Source of the DNA: Pelagibacteraceae bacterium
GTDB lineage: Bacteria; Pseudomonadota; Alphaproteobacteria; HIMB59; GCA-002718135
Direction of reading: 5' to 3'
DNA: 64,000 nt
Assembly (NCBI GenBank): GCA_002717485.1
Contig: PBDW01000020.1
Span: 2,802 to 66,801 of the forward strand
The notes beneath the pieces are model-generated. The model was not told the origin of the DNA. It made no database searches and worked only from the letters and a program-made list of their open reading frames with translations. Shown piece after piece: positions 1 through 9,523 of this stretch (position 1 is its first letter; the number at the start of each line of letters is the position of its first letter). Made by a program: the position numbers and the translations under genes.

Positions 1-881
1 TTAAAGTATCTATGATGAAGATGATGAAAAAAAGAACCAACCGTGAGAAGATTTTTATCTTTTACCCAGATATTTTCATATCCTGCATGGGTAGAAACTG
101 TTCCGAGAACAAGCCAATATAGATGATAGAGTATGTGCAAAGGATGACTTGGGATTACAAAATGAATTAATAATGAACTTATATAAATAGTTTGCTCAAT
201 TGGATGCATAGAATATCCCGACCATGGACCAGGATTTACATTTCGATGATGAACAGAATGGGCAATTTTATAGAAAAATGGTATATGGAGTACGCGATGG
301 TAGCAATAAAAATGAAAACTTTGCCATATTTGCAAAATAGGAAACCATAAGCAAAACCATATCCATCCGTCACTAAATTGGAATACCTCTATTCTTCCAG
401 ATGCAAAAGACCATAGGAGAAGAACTTCAAAAAAAATCCAAATTGGAAGTCCTGTTGCAAGAGTCCAAAACATATTGTCATATATATTATTATTAAAAGT
501 AAATATTCTGCTTTTATTATTCCTGGTCATAGTGTCGTATTGAAATTTATTACCTTGACCCTGACGTACAAAAAACCACCAATGGAGTCCTCCTGCGACA
601 ATAAGAATTAATATATAATTTCTCAATGATAACATCAATATCCATTCTATTTTCAAAGTTGCCATTTCTTGCATAGGTGGCATAAGAATATAAAAAGTAA
701 ATAATGCAAGAAAAAGAAAAATTGTCCTATCAGATTTTTGCAGCCAATAACTCCATATAAAATTCAGCAATCTTTTTGGTGAAGGAGGCCAGTCAAAAAT
801 TGGATAAAATCCTACAGGTAGTTTTGGATGAAAATTCCACTTCTTATTTATTTGTTTTTCTTGCTGATTAGATAGCAACAT
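1..881 (-). CDS. fatty acid hydroxylase / sterol desaturase-superfamily membrane protein (3' end runs off the window)
   Basis: My own minus-strand translation starts at the ATG at 881-879 (MLLSNQQEKQINKKWNFHPKLP...) and stays open to position 1. It has hydrophobic segments and three His boxes (HRVLH, HSVHHRN, HHLHHRYF) typical of di-iron membrane hydroxylases. It is absent from the ORF track because no stop codon lies in the window. Confidence 0.8.
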   Translation of the reverse strand, partial: MLLSNQQEKQINKKWNFHPKLPVGFYPIFDWPPSPKRLLNFIWSYWLQKSDRTIFLFLALFTFYILMPPMQEMATLKIEWILMLSLRNYILILIVAGGLHWWFFVRQGQGNKFQYDTMTRNNKSRIFTFNNNIYDNMFWTLATGLPIWIFFEVLLLWSFASGRIEVFQFSDGWIWFCLWFPILQIWQSFHFYCYHRVLHIPFFYKIAHSVHHRNVNPGPWSGYSMHPIEQTIYISSLLIHFVIPSHPLHILYHLYWLVLGTVSTHAGYENIWVKDKNLLTVGSFFHHLHHRYF

Positions 882-1023
882 TGCATAATTTTATCACAAT
901 AAATAACTATTTAAACAATAAATTACAAAACCTAATAAACAATCAGATATACAATTGGTATAAATCTTTTCCTGTTTATATATATGTATGTTAAGCTTAG
1001 TAACTAATTAAGGATTTAAATTA

Positions 1024-1413
1024 TTGAATATTGAACATTTAATTTTTGACAAAGGTCCTAAACGTGTTGGACCCTTTAGCCATGCTGTAAAAGCTGGAGA
1101 TTTCTTATTTGTAACCGGTCAAATGCCGACATTACCAAATGATCCGACAAAATTAGTTGAAGGAGATATTGCTAAACAAACTCATCAGGTAATGAAAAAT
1201 CTTAAAAGTGTTCTTGAATCTTCAAACTCTTCATTGGAAAATGTTGTTTTCGTTAGAATATATTTAGTCAACTTTCAAGATTTTGATAAGATGAACGCTG
1301 TTTATAAAAGTTATTTTGACTCAGATAAGCTTCCTGCGCGCACATGTATTGGAGTAACTGGATTAGCTGTGGGAGCATCCGTAGAAATAGACTTAATAGC
1401 AAAAATTTCTTAA
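1024..1413 (+). CDS. RidA/YjgF-family reactive-intermediate deaminase
   Basis: 129 aa. GPFSHAVKAGDFLFVTGQ and ARTCIGVTGLAVGASVEIDLIA fit the YjgF/UK114 fold signature. TTG start with AAGGA about 8 nt upstream. Confidence 0.9.
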   Translation: MNIEHLIFDKGPKRVGPFSHAVKAGDFLFVTGQMPTLPNDPTKLVEGDIAKQTHQVMKNLKSVLESSNSSLENVVFVRIYLVNFQDFDKMNAVYKSYFDSDKLPARTCIGVTGLAVGASVEIDLIAKIS

Positions 1414-1421
1414 ATTAATAT

Positions 1422-1997
1422 CTAATTTTTTTTCCAATTTATCAGAAACATAGCTTCATTGCGCCGGAGAATAGGTAAGGTAAAAGGTCCATTGTATGTT
1501 GCTTTAATAGCAGGACCTATAATTTCTATTTTATCCTCTATAAGATTTTTTTCCAAAATTCTCTTATGTTTATTAAAGTTCTTATCGGTTAATCTGCCTG
1601 AGTATTTAATAACGGCATAGTGACCTTCTGCTATAGTTATGAGCTTAACTCTAGGATCGGTAGGAACAGGGGCTGTTTTTTTTGTAAATTTAGAAGGAAG
1701 ATAAAACTGCATTACCATTTCTGAGCTTGCCTCAGATTGTGTAACTGGTGTTGTCATTTTTATTTTTTCTGAATCTGTGTTTGCTCCAGAAATATAATTA
1801 AAAAGATTTCGAAAACTGCTATTTTGATTGGTATAAGCTGCTTGAACAGCCAATCGGTCAACATAATGGCGAATTTCATAAACATCAGTTTGATAGACAA
1901 TATTAAAAGGTGATTCCTCGTATGCCATTGCGTGTGAATATATAAATAGGGGTATTAAAAAAATATTCAACCTAAAAAATAAAACTAATTTCATCAT
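1422..1997 (-). CDS. SOUL heme-binding-family protein, secreted
   Basis: The mature part (YEESPFNIVYQTDVYEIRHY...IKMTTPV...YNGPFTLPILRRNEAMF) matches the SOUL/HBP family pattern. An N-terminal signal peptide follows the ATG at 1997. The track start at 2021 is an upstream TTG extension. Confidence 0.8.
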   Translation of the reverse strand: MMKLVLFFRLNIFLIPLFIYSHAMAYEESPFNIVYQTDVYEIRHYVDRLAVQAAYTNQNSSFRNLFNYISGANTDSEKIKMTTPVTQSEASSEMVMQFYLPSKFTKKTAPVPTDPRVKLITIAEGHYAVIKYSGRLTDKNFNKHKRILEKNLIEDKIEIIGPAIKATYNGPFTLPILRRNEAMFLINWKKN

Positions 1998-2020
1998 AAC
2001 TATAATCAAATGTCCTTTCA

Positions 2021-2050
2021 AAATTTGTTAGCAGAGCAGGGATTTGAGCC
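2021..2050. repeat. degenerate direct copy of the 3' end of the tRNA-CAU gene (partner at 2711-2740)
   Basis: aaatttgttagcagagcagggatttgagcc versus aaatttggtagcggaggagggatttgaacc gives 26/30 identical in the same orientation. The copy covers the acceptor 3' strand and T-arm plus 5 nt of flank. Confidence 0.7.
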
Positions 2051-2062
2051 AATAAAATATCA

Positions 2063-2623
2063 CTAATCATTATCAGAATACCATATTTGAAATTCACAGT
2101 TGTCTAGAAGGTAGTTAATAATTCTAGAAATAAAAGTACCGTGACTAACGAGAGCTATTCTTTTTTCTGATCTCTCTTGAATCCACTTTTTAAATATCAA
2201 AACACGCTTGTCTAAATCTTCAATAGACTCAAAAATTATCTTTTTTTCATCTATGGGTAAATCGTTATTCCACCAAAAATTTTTTAAGTTATTAAAATTA
2301 AAATCAGGAAACTCTTTTTCAAGAATAGAAGGTTGTCTACCAACTTCACTTGAGCATACCGAATGCTCTCTGACGAAAGGCAAGATGACCGCATCTTGAG
2401 TTAAATTTGGAAATATTAAGCCAAAAGTTTGCAAAGCTCTTGTCAGAGGGGAACAAAGCATTAAATCAAAATCTATATTATTTAATTTCATTTGAGCATT
2501 TCGTGCTTGCTCTTTTCCAAAAGAAGTTAGTTTAGCGTCATAATAAAAATTGGGATTATCTAAGTCAAGAGCTACATTTGCCTCTGATTGCCCATGTCGA
2601 ATTAAATAGATTTCTTTATTCAT
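2063..2623 (-). CDS. histidine phosphatase (phosphoglycerate mutase-like) family protein
   Basis: 186 aa. The N-terminal IYLIRHGQSEAN carries the RHG catalytic motif of the family. ATG start. Confidence 0.85.
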   Translation of the reverse strand: MNKEIYLIRHGQSEANVALDLDNPNFYYDAKLTSFGKEQARNAQMKLNNIDFDLMLCSPLTRALQTFGLIFPNLTQDAVILPFVREHSVCSSEVGRQPSILEKEFPDFNFNNLKNFWWNNDLPIDEKKIIFESIEDLDKRVLIFKKWIQERSEKRIALVSHGTFISRIINYLLDNCEFQIWYSDND

Positions 2624-2715
2624 TGATAAAATAAAAATCTATATATTAAATTAATTTAAATCTGAAGATGAATTACAACTATTGTGCAACTATTTTAGAT
2701 CAGTTCATAAAAATT

Positions 2716-2792
2716 TGGTAGCGGAGGAGGGATTTGAACCCCCGACACAAGGATTATGATTCCTCTGCTCTAACCAACTGAGCTACTCCGCC
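2716..2792 (-). tRNA. tRNA with CAU anticodon (elongator Met, or Ile2 if lysidine-modified)
   Basis: The reverse complement is GGCGGAGTAGCTCAGTTGGTTAGAGCAGAGGAATCATAATCCTTGTGTCGGGGGTTCAAATCCCTCCTCCGCTACCA. It folds as a cloverleaf (D stem GCTC/GAGC, anticodon stem GAGGA/TCCTT, loop AT-CAT-AA, T stem GGGGG/CCCTC) with encoded CCA. It lacks the 3 G-C anticodon-stem pairs of initiator tRNA. Confidence 0.9.
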
Positions 2793-2801
2793 TTGAATTA
2801 A

Positions 2802-3134
2802 TTATACTGTAAATGATTCGCCACACCCGCAGGTGCTTTTTTCATTAGGATTATTGAAAACAAATCTTGAAGCCATTTTATCTGTTTTATAATCCATTTC
2901 GCTTCCAATTAAAAACATAGAAGCAGAGGGTTCTATAAAAACCTTAACTCCCTTTTCTTCAACAACATCATAACTTCCTATTTCACCAAAAACATAGTCC
3001 ATTGTATATGCGTATCCTGAGCACCCAGTCTTATCTACACCCACTTTTACACCTATACACTTATCCTTTGACTGGCCAATAATTTTCTTTATCTGATAGG
3101 CAGCATTTTCCGATATTGTAAGTATATTCTTCAT
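2802..3134 (-). CDS. sufA: Fe-S cluster insertion/carrier protein, IscA/SufA/HesB family
   Basis: 110 aa. It has a Cys in GCSGYAY and a C-terminal CGCGESF, the three conserved A-type carrier cysteines. It is the last gene of the suf array. Confidence 0.9.
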   Translation of the reverse strand: MKNILTISENAAYQIKKIIGQSKDKCIGVKVGVDKTGCSGYAYTMDYVFGEIGSYDVVEEKGVKVFIEPSASMFLIGSEMDYKTDKMASRFVFNNPNEKSTCGCGESFTV

Positions 3135-3154
3135 ATATCCTAATTTACTACAAA

Positions 3155-3559
3155 TTATGTCACGCCCAAAGCTAATTTTGCATCTTCAGACATCATACCT
3201 TGATTCCAGGGCGGGTCCCAAACTAAATTAATTTTTAAACTATTAAAACCGGCTAATTTCTTGATTGAATTTGCTACCATCGACGGCATATCCTGAGCGA
3301 CGGGACAATTTGGAGTTGTCAAAGTCATCTTTATATATATATCAAAATCGCTGCTTAAGTTTATTTCGTAGATTAGACCAAGGTCATATATGTTGACTGG
3401 AATTTCTGGATCAAAAACCGTCTTCAAGCCCTCAACAACATTATCTTTATTCATATTCTTAGTTTTATCAAAATTATCAAATTTTTCATAAAATTCACCT
3501 TCATCAATTTTTTTTAAATTAATACTTAATTTATCTTTATCAATTTCAATGTCATTCAT
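3155..3559 (-). CDS. sufT: SUF-associated DUF59/MIP18-family Fe-S assembly protein (SufT-like)
   Basis: FDPEIPVNIYDLGLIY and TTPNCPV motifs of DUF59. Its start overlaps the sufS stop by 8 nt (ATGAATGA). Confidence 0.85.
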   Translation of the reverse strand: MNDIEIDKDKLSINLKKIDEGEFYEKFDNFDKTKNMNKDNVVEGLKTVFDPEIPVNIYDLGLIYEINLSSDFDIYIKMTLTTPNCPVAQDMPSMVANSIKKLAGFNSLKINLVWDPPWNQGMMSEDAKLALGVT

Positions 3560-4787
3560 TAAAAAACTCCTTCATTCTTTTTAATGATGAGCTCAAACGA
3601 TCTATATCATTTTTTGTGTTATATAGGCCAAAAGAAGCTCTAGCGGTCGAATCAATACCTAATTTTTTCATTAAAGGTTGCGTGCAATGGTGCCCTGTTC
3701 TTATTGCAATTCCTTCCTGGTCAAGTATGACTCCGACATCATTGGTATGAGCATAATCGAGAGTAAAAGATAGTATTCCACCCTTATTATCAGAGTGGCC
3801 AATAATATTTAAACTTGGAATTGATCTCAATGATTCGTAGGCATATTGATATAAATATTTTTGATATAAATAAATTTCATCAACATTAATTTTTTTAACA
3901 TAATCTATTGCCGAACCTAATCCTATAACCTGAGCAATTGGGGGCGTCCCTGCCTCAAATTTTTGCGGGAGCTCTGCAAAAGTTGTTTTTTCAAAAGTTA
4001 CTCTTTCAATCATATCACCGCCTCCTTGATATGGAGGCAAATTCTCCAACCAAGATTGTTTACCGTATAAAACACCAATTCCTGAAGGTCCATAAATTTT
4101 ATGACCAGAAAAAACGTAAAAATCGCATCCTATTTCGGCAACATTAACTCTGCCATGAGCAATATATTGACACCCATCAACAACTACGGGAATATTTCTT
4201 TTTTTAGCTTCATTGCAAACTTTTTTAATATCATTGATATGACCTAACGAATTAGACATATGAGTAATAGAAATTAGTTTGGTTTTTTTAGATATTTTCT
4301 TTATCAAATCTTCTATGTTTAAAGTTGTATCATCGTTTAGATCAGCAACTACTAGTTTGGTTTTTTTTCCAATATTATTTATTTGCCAAGGAACTATATT
4401 TGCATGGTGTTCTAGGTATGTTAATAAAATTTCATCATCTTCCTTTAGATAATCTTTATATAAACAGGATGCAATTAAATTTAATGCCTCAGTAGCACTC
4501 TTAGTGAAGATAATCTCTTTATTAGATTTTGCATTTATAAATTTTGCAACTTTTTCCCTTACTCTTTCGTACTGACTAGTCAGATTTGCACTCAAATGAT
4601 ATACTCCACGGTGTATATTTGCATAATTTTCTGAATAGCATTTATTTACTGAATCTATAACACATTGAGGTTTTTGAGCTGAAGCTGCAGTATCAAGAAA
4701 TATTAAATCTTTTCCATTTATTTTTTTATTAAATATAGGAAATTCTTTTCTAAAATTGTTTGCATCAAATGAAAATTTATTATTCAT
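3552..4787 (-). CDS. sufS: cysteine desulfurase SufS (class II aminotransferase V)
   Basis: PLP lysine context SGHKIYGPSG and catalytic Cys loop RTGHHCTQP. I prefer the ATG at 4787 (MNNKFSFDANNFRKEFPIF) over the track's upstream TTG at 4808. Confidence 0.95.
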   Translation of the reverse strand: MNNKFSFDANNFRKEFPIFNKKINGKDLIFLDTAASAQKPQCVIDSVNKCYSENYANIHRGVYHLSANLTSQYERVREKVAKFINAKSNKEIIFTKSATEALNLIASCLYKDYLKEDDEILLTYLEHHANIVPWQINNIGKKTKLVVADLNDDTTLNIEDLIKKISKKTKLISITHMSNSLGHINDIKKVCNEAKKRNIPVVVDGCQYIAHGRVNVAEIGCDFYVFSGHKIYGPSGIGVLYGKQSWLENLPPYQGGGDMIERVTFEKTTFAELPQKFEAGTPPIAQVIGLGSAIDYVKKINVDEIYLYQKYLYQYAYESLRSIPSLNIIGHSDNKGGILSFTLDYAHTNDVGVILDQEGIAIRTGHHCTQPLMKKLGIDSTARASFGLYNTKNDIDRLSSSLKRMKEFFNE

Positions 4788-4792
4788 AATAT

Positions 4793-6034
4793 TTATTCCG
4801 TTAACCAATCATCAATTATTTCATCGATTCTGTTTAAAGATTCCTTATTTTTCATATTTTCTAAGACATCCTTAGTAAAAGCTTTAATAAGAAGTTTTTC
4901 AGATTCTTTTTTATTTATTCCCCTAGACTGAAGATAATACAATTGCTCTCTATCAATTTCACCAACAGTAGAACCGTGCGAACACTTAACATCATCAGCA
5001 TAAATTTTTAATTCTGGCTTTGTTTTAAGAACTGATTTTTCTGACAGCAGCATCCCTCTGCTTAACTGGTAACCTTCTGTCTTTTGAGCCTCTGGTTTTA
5101 CTAGAGTATTACTTAAATAAACTCCATTAGACTCGTCGCTCAGCACTCCTTTGTAAATCTGATTACTTTTGCATTCCTGTTCATGATGAATTACTGTAGT
5201 TTTATTATCAACAAACTGGGCATCTTTAGCAAAATATACTCCGTAATGCTTTACTGACGACCTCCTACCAATTAGATTGGTAGTATGTTGATTTTTTACT
5301 GATTCAGAGCCACATTGAAATGAAAACTGTTCAAAATCTGAATTATCGTAACAAAAAATAAGTGAGGAATAGGCTATTTTAGAACTTTGTTGTGCATTTT
5401 GAATTAGAATATGCTCAACCTTTGCGCCCTCCTCTAGCCAAAAAATATTAAAAACATTAGATGAATTATCTTCAGTATTATCTTTATTAAAATTTTCTAT
5501 TAATTGAAATTCTGAGTTTTTTCCAACCTTAATAATATTTCGAATGTAACTTGAGATAGAATTTAAGTTGTTACTATAAGTAATTTTTAAATCAGTTTTT
5601 ACATTATTCGGGACTGATAATGTCAAACCGTCAGTTAAAAAAATTGTATTTAAATCAGTTATAAAATCCTGAGAAAGAAAATTACTATTTATTGAAAAAT
5701 ATTTTTCAAAATTAATTATATTAGATTCTAGTTTTTCAATAAAAATATTTTTTATATGATCTTCTTGTATTTCTGAGATATGTTTACCATTAATAAAATT
5801 GACATCACCAAAATAATCTTTTCTTTCATTTTTAATACCGGATTCATCAAACACATATTTAACATTTCTTACATGTTTTAAATCGCTATACTTCCAAGTC
5901 TCTTTTTTTTTACTGGGAATTCCTGTTGATTCAAGTTCTTTTAGGATATTATTCCTCATTTCTTTCAACCAGGGAATTTCACTGCCTATAAGATGTTTCT
6001 TGTTTTGATTATAAAGTTTTTCTATTTCAGGCAT
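4793..6034 (-). CDS. sufD: Fe-S cluster assembly protein SufD
   Basis: 413 aa between sufC and sufS. The C-terminal beta-helix region (KIYADDVKCSHGSTVGEIDREQLYYLQSRGI) is typical of SufD. Its ATG overlaps the sufC stop by 1 nt. Confidence 0.9.
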   Translation of the reverse strand: MPEIEKLYNQNKKHLIGSEIPWLKEMRNNILKELESTGIPSKKKETWKYSDLKHVRNVKYVFDESGIKNERKDYFGDVNFINGKHISEIQEDHIKNIFIEKLESNIINFEKYFSINSNFLSQDFITDLNTIFLTDGLTLSVPNNVKTDLKITYSNNLNSISSYIRNIIKVGKNSEFQLIENFNKDNTEDNSSNVFNIFWLEEGAKVEHILIQNAQQSSKIAYSSLIFCYDNSDFEQFSFQCGSESVKNQHTTNLIGRRSSVKHYGVYFAKDAQFVDNKTTVIHHEQECKSNQIYKGVLSDESNGVYLSNTLVKPEAQKTEGYQLSRGMLLSEKSVLKTKPELKIYADDVKCSHGSTVGEIDREQLYYLQSRGINKKESEKLLIKAFTKDVLENMKNKESLNRIDEIIDDWLTE

Positions 6035-6771
6035 TATAAAAAACTTTCGTATCCTTTCTTTTCCAATTCAATTGCTAGATCTTTGTTGCCACTTTTTACT
6101 ATTTTTCCATCAACAAGTATGTGCACATAATCAGGAATAATATAATCTAATAATCTTTGATAGTGTGTTATAACGATCATAGAATTATTTTTATTTCTAA
6201 CTCTATTTACTCCTTTGGACACAATTTTTAGAGCATCTATATCTAATCCTGAATCCGTTTCATCTAATATTGATAGATCTGGATCTAAAAGTGTCATTTG
6301 AAGAATTTCATATCTTTTCTTTTCACCTCCAGAAAATTCATAGTTTACTGATCTTTTTAACATTTCATCAGTAATGTTTAAAAAACTTGCTATTTCTTTA
6401 ATCTTTTTTGTAAATTCCAATGCATCAATTTCTTTTAGGTTTTTTGATCTCAATTTAGAGTTTATTGCTGTCTTAAGGAAAGGAACAATGCTAACACCTG
6501 GCAATTCAACTGGGTATTGAAATGCTAAAAATAGCCCTAGCCGGGCTCTTTCGTCGATGTTTAGATCTAAAAGATTTTTATCCTTAAATAGGACTTTTCC
6601 ATGGACTAATTGATATCCTTCCCTTCCGCTTAAAAAATTTGACAAAGTGCTTTTTCCTGATCCGTTAGGACCCATTATTGCATGTAATTCACCTCTTTTC
6701 ACATCAATGGAAAAATCTTTTATAATTTTTTTTTCATTAACAGATACGGATAAATTTTCTATTTTTAACAA
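6034..6771 (-). CDS. sufC: Fe-S cluster assembly ATPase SufC
   Basis: Walker A GPNGSGKST, signature FSGGEKKR, Walker B LSILDETDSGLD. The TTG start aligns with the canonical MLxIxxLxVSV N-terminus. Confidence 0.95.
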   Translation of the reverse strand: MLKIENLSVSVNEKKIIKDFSIDVKRGELHAIMGPNGSGKSTLSNFLSGREGYQLVHGKVLFKDKNLLDLNIDERARLGLFLAFQYPVELPGVSIVPFLKTAINSKLRSKNLKEIDALEFTKKIKEIASFLNITDEMLKRSVNYEFSGGEKKRYEILQMTLLDPDLSILDETDSGLDIDALKIVSKGVNRVRNKNNSMIVITHYQRLLDYIIPDYVHILVDGKIVKSGNKDLAIELEKKGYESFL

Positions 6772-6774
6772 CTT

Positions 6775-8229
6775 TTACCCTACGCTTCCTTCAAGTGATA
6801 TTCCTACTAGTTTTTGTGCTTCCACTGCAAATTCCATTGGTAACTTCTGCAGTACCTGTTTGCAAAAACCATTTACTATTAACGACACTGACTCTTCCTG
6901 ACTTAGGCCTCTTTGCCTGCAATAGAAGAGTTGGTCTTCGCTGATTTTTGATGTTGATGCCTCATGTTCAACAATTGATGAATTATTAAATGATTCAATA
7001 TATGGAATTGTACTTGCACCGCACTTATTCCCAATTAGCAATGAATCACATTGGGTATAGTTTCTTGAGTTTTTTGATTTTTTTGAGAATCTTACAAGTC
7101 CCCTATAGGTATTTTGCGAACTGCCTGAGGATATTCCTTTAGAAATAATCTTACTTTTTGTGTTCTTGCCTAAATGTATCATCTTTGTGCCAGTGTCAGC
7201 TTGTTGATAATTATTAGTAATTGCCACTGAATAAAATTCACCGACTGAATTATCTCCTTTTAAAATACAGCTGGGATACTTCCAGGTTATGGCAGATCCA
7301 GTTTCAACTTGTGTCCAAGAAATTTTGGAATTATTTCCTTCACATAGACCTCTTTTTGTCACAAAATTATAAATCCCCCCTTTCCCATGTTCGTCACCCG
7401 GATACCAATTTTGGATTGTTGAATATTTGATTTCAGCACCCTCAAGTGCAATCAATTCTACATTCGCTGCATGAAGCTGATTGGTGTCTCTTTGAGGGGC
7501 CGTACAACCTTCCAAGTAGCTTACGTAGCTTCCTTTGTCTGCAATTATCAAAGTTCTCTCAAATTGACCTGTCTCCTCAGCATTGATTCTAAAATAAGTT
7601 GAAAGTTCCATAGGACATCTGACACCTTCAGGAATATATACAAACGATCCATCAGTGAAAACAGCTGAGTTAAGAGCTGAAAAAAAATGATCTGTAATAG
7701 GAATAACTGAACCTAGATATTTTTTTACGAGTTCAGGATGGTTTCTTGTTGCCTCACTTATAGAACAAAATATTATTCCTAATTCTTCTAATTGTTTTTT
7801 ATAGGTTGTAGCAACAGAAACACTGTCAAAAACAGCGTCAACGGCTACGCCGGCAAGAATTTTCTGCTCCTTTAAGGGTATTCCCAATTTATTATAAGTC
7901 TCAATTATTTTGGGATCAATCTCGTCTAGGGATTTAGGTTTTTCATCAAATCCCTTTGGGGCAGAAAAGTAATAAATATCTTGATAATCTATCTTTTCAA
8001 ACTCTAACTTGGCCCACGTTGGCTCTTCCATTTTTTGCCAGATATCGTATGCCTTTAAACGCCATTCTAACATCCATCCTGGTTCCTTCTTTTTTTTAGA
8101 TATAAATTCAATAGTACTTTTCGAAAGTCCCTTTTTGGGTCTCTCAGTCTCAAGATCAGTAACAAAGCTATGTTTATAGGCCGAACCTGAGTATTCCGCT
8201 ACTTTTGATATATTGCTTTTTGAAGTCAT
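6775..8229 (-). CDS. sufB: Fe-S cluster assembly scaffold SufB
   Basis: Long stretches match canonical SufB ([60 protein letters not shown]). I prefer the ATG at 8229 to the track's TTG at 8262. Confidence 0.95.
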   Translation of the reverse strand: MTSKSNISKVAEYSGSAYKHSFVTDLETERPKKGLSKSTIEFISKKKKEPGWMLEWRLKAYDIWQKMEEPTWAKLEFEKIDYQDIYYFSAPKGFDEKPKSLDEIDPKIIETYNKLGIPLKEQKILAGVAVDAVFDSVSVATTYKKQLEELGIIFCSISEATRNHPELVKKYLGSVIPITDHFFSALNSAVFTDGSFVYIPEGVRCPMELSTYFRINAEETGQFERTLIIADKGSYVSYLEGCTAPQRDTNQLHAANVELIALEGAEIKYSTIQNWYPGDEHGKGGIYNFVTKRGLCEGNNSKISWTQVETGSAITWKYPSCILKGDNSVGEFYSVAITNNYQQADTGTKMIHLGKNTKSKIISKGISSGSSQNTYRGLVRFSKKSKNSRNYTQCDSLLIGNKCGASTIPYIESFNNSSIVEHEASTSKISEDQLFYCRQRGLSQEESVSLIVNGFCKQVLQKLPMEFAVEAQKLVGISLEGSVG

Positions 8230-8308
8230 TAAAAAACCCTTATAATAGTATGTATAGTGCAATTAAATGAAAATAAAAGTATATAATTCAAATATTAATA
8301 TCTTTTTT

Positions 8309-8322
8309 TAGAATTGATTCTA
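8309..8322 (-). promoter_or_regulatory. 14-bp perfect palindrome upstream of sufB (candidate operator)
   Basis: TAGAATTGATTCTA, flanked as TTTAGAA-TTGA-TTCTAAT, lies about 80-93 nt upstream of the sufB ATG and overlaps the mnmA stop codon. AT-rich palindromes arise by chance in this genome. Confidence 0.25.
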
Positions 8323-9432
8323 ATCTATGAATTCACTCTTTTTGATCCATCCCCCGCCAAGAACTTCATCATCCTTGTAAAATACGCAAGCTTGACCGGG
8401 TGCGACAGAAAATTGTGCGTCTTCAAATATAAATTCAAGCGCATTTTTTCTAATTTTTTGAATTTTTCCAGATACAGGAGTTTGATCAGATTTTATTTTT
8501 ACCTTATATGATGTATTTTCTTTTATACTATTGGATATCCAGTTTAAGTCATTAACAAATATTTTTGTTTTTTTTAAGTCAGATCTTTTGCCAACAGTTA
8601 TTGTATTATTTTTAGGATTTATGCTTACCACGTATAGGGGTTCAGTCCTTCCGCCTATGCCTATTTTTCTTCTTTGCCCGACTGTATAATTTATTATTCC
8701 TTTATGCGATCCTATAATCTTATCATTTATGTCTAATATATCTCCCTCTGCAAAAGCATCGGGTCTAATTTTTGATATAAAATCACTATATGAGTTTCCT
8801 GTTATAAAACATATATCCTGACTGTCTGGTTTGTTTTTAACTTTAATATTCAAATCTCTTGCTAATTTTCTAACATAATCCTTTGTATAGTTTCCAAGAG
8901 GGAATCTTAAAAACTCTAATTGTGATTTAGTTGTAGCAAAAAGAAAATAACTTTGGTCCTTTAAGTCATCAACTGCCTTATATAATCTTGTTTGGTTTGA
9001 TCGCTCTACTCTTCTAACATAGTGACCTGTAACTAGAGCATCGGCTTTCATTTTCTTAGCTTCATTTAACATATCAGTAAATTTTACTGTTTGATTACAT
9101 CTAATACATGGAATTGGAGTTTTTCCATCTATGTATGTGTCGGTAAAATTATCTATTACACCATTAAAAAATTTTCCTTGTAAATCTAGAGTATAATGGG
9201 GAATGCTAAACTGACTAGCTACAGTCTTAGCATCGTTTATATCCTTACCGGCACAGCAACTTTTGTTTGCGTTAACTTGATCAGCTTGATTATAAAGCCT
9301 CATAGTTAATCCCACTACATTATAGCCATTTGTTTTAAGCATAGCTGCAACAACCGAACTATCGACCCCTCCCGACATTGCAACAGCGATTTTCGCATTT
9401 TTATTGGTTATGTTAATTCCAAAATCTATCAT
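8320..9432 (-). CDS. mnmA: tRNA 2-thiouridine(34) synthase MnmA
   Basis: PP-loop AVAMSGGVDSSV, catalytic Cys region PCIRCNQ, DSQDICF motif. ATG at 9432; the track start at 9444 is a TTG extension. Confidence 0.95.
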   Translation of the reverse strand: MIDFGINITNKNAKIAVAMSGGVDSSVVAAMLKTNGYNVVGLTMRLYNQADQVNANKSCCAGKDINDAKTVASQFSIPHYTLDLQGKFFNGVIDNFTDTYIDGKTPIPCIRCNQTVKFTDMLNEAKKMKADALVTGHYVRRVERSNQTRLYKAVDDLKDQSYFLFATTKSQLEFLRFPLGNYTKDYVRKLARDLNIKVKNKPDSQDICFITGNSYSDFISKIRPDAFAEGDILDINDKIIGSHKGIINYTVGQRRKIGIGGRTEPLYVVSINPKNNTITVGKRSDLKKTKIFVNDLNWISNSIKENTSYKVKIKSDQTPVSGKIQKIRKNALEFIFEDAQFSVAPGQACVFYKDDEVLGGGWIKKSEFID

Positions 9433-9523
9433 AAAAGCACACAATTACTTATATTTATTATCATATAATTTAATATAAATGATTTATTTACATTTAAAAT
9501 AAAATTGATAAATACTTCTTCGA

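Noticed and set aside
2021-2062. A second (pseudo-)tRNA gene.
   Set aside because: Only the acceptor 3' strand and T-arm portion is recognisable. Sequence beyond 2050 is the 3' end of the phosphatase ORF and cannot form D or anticodon arms. It is treated as a partial duplication (att-like scar) instead.
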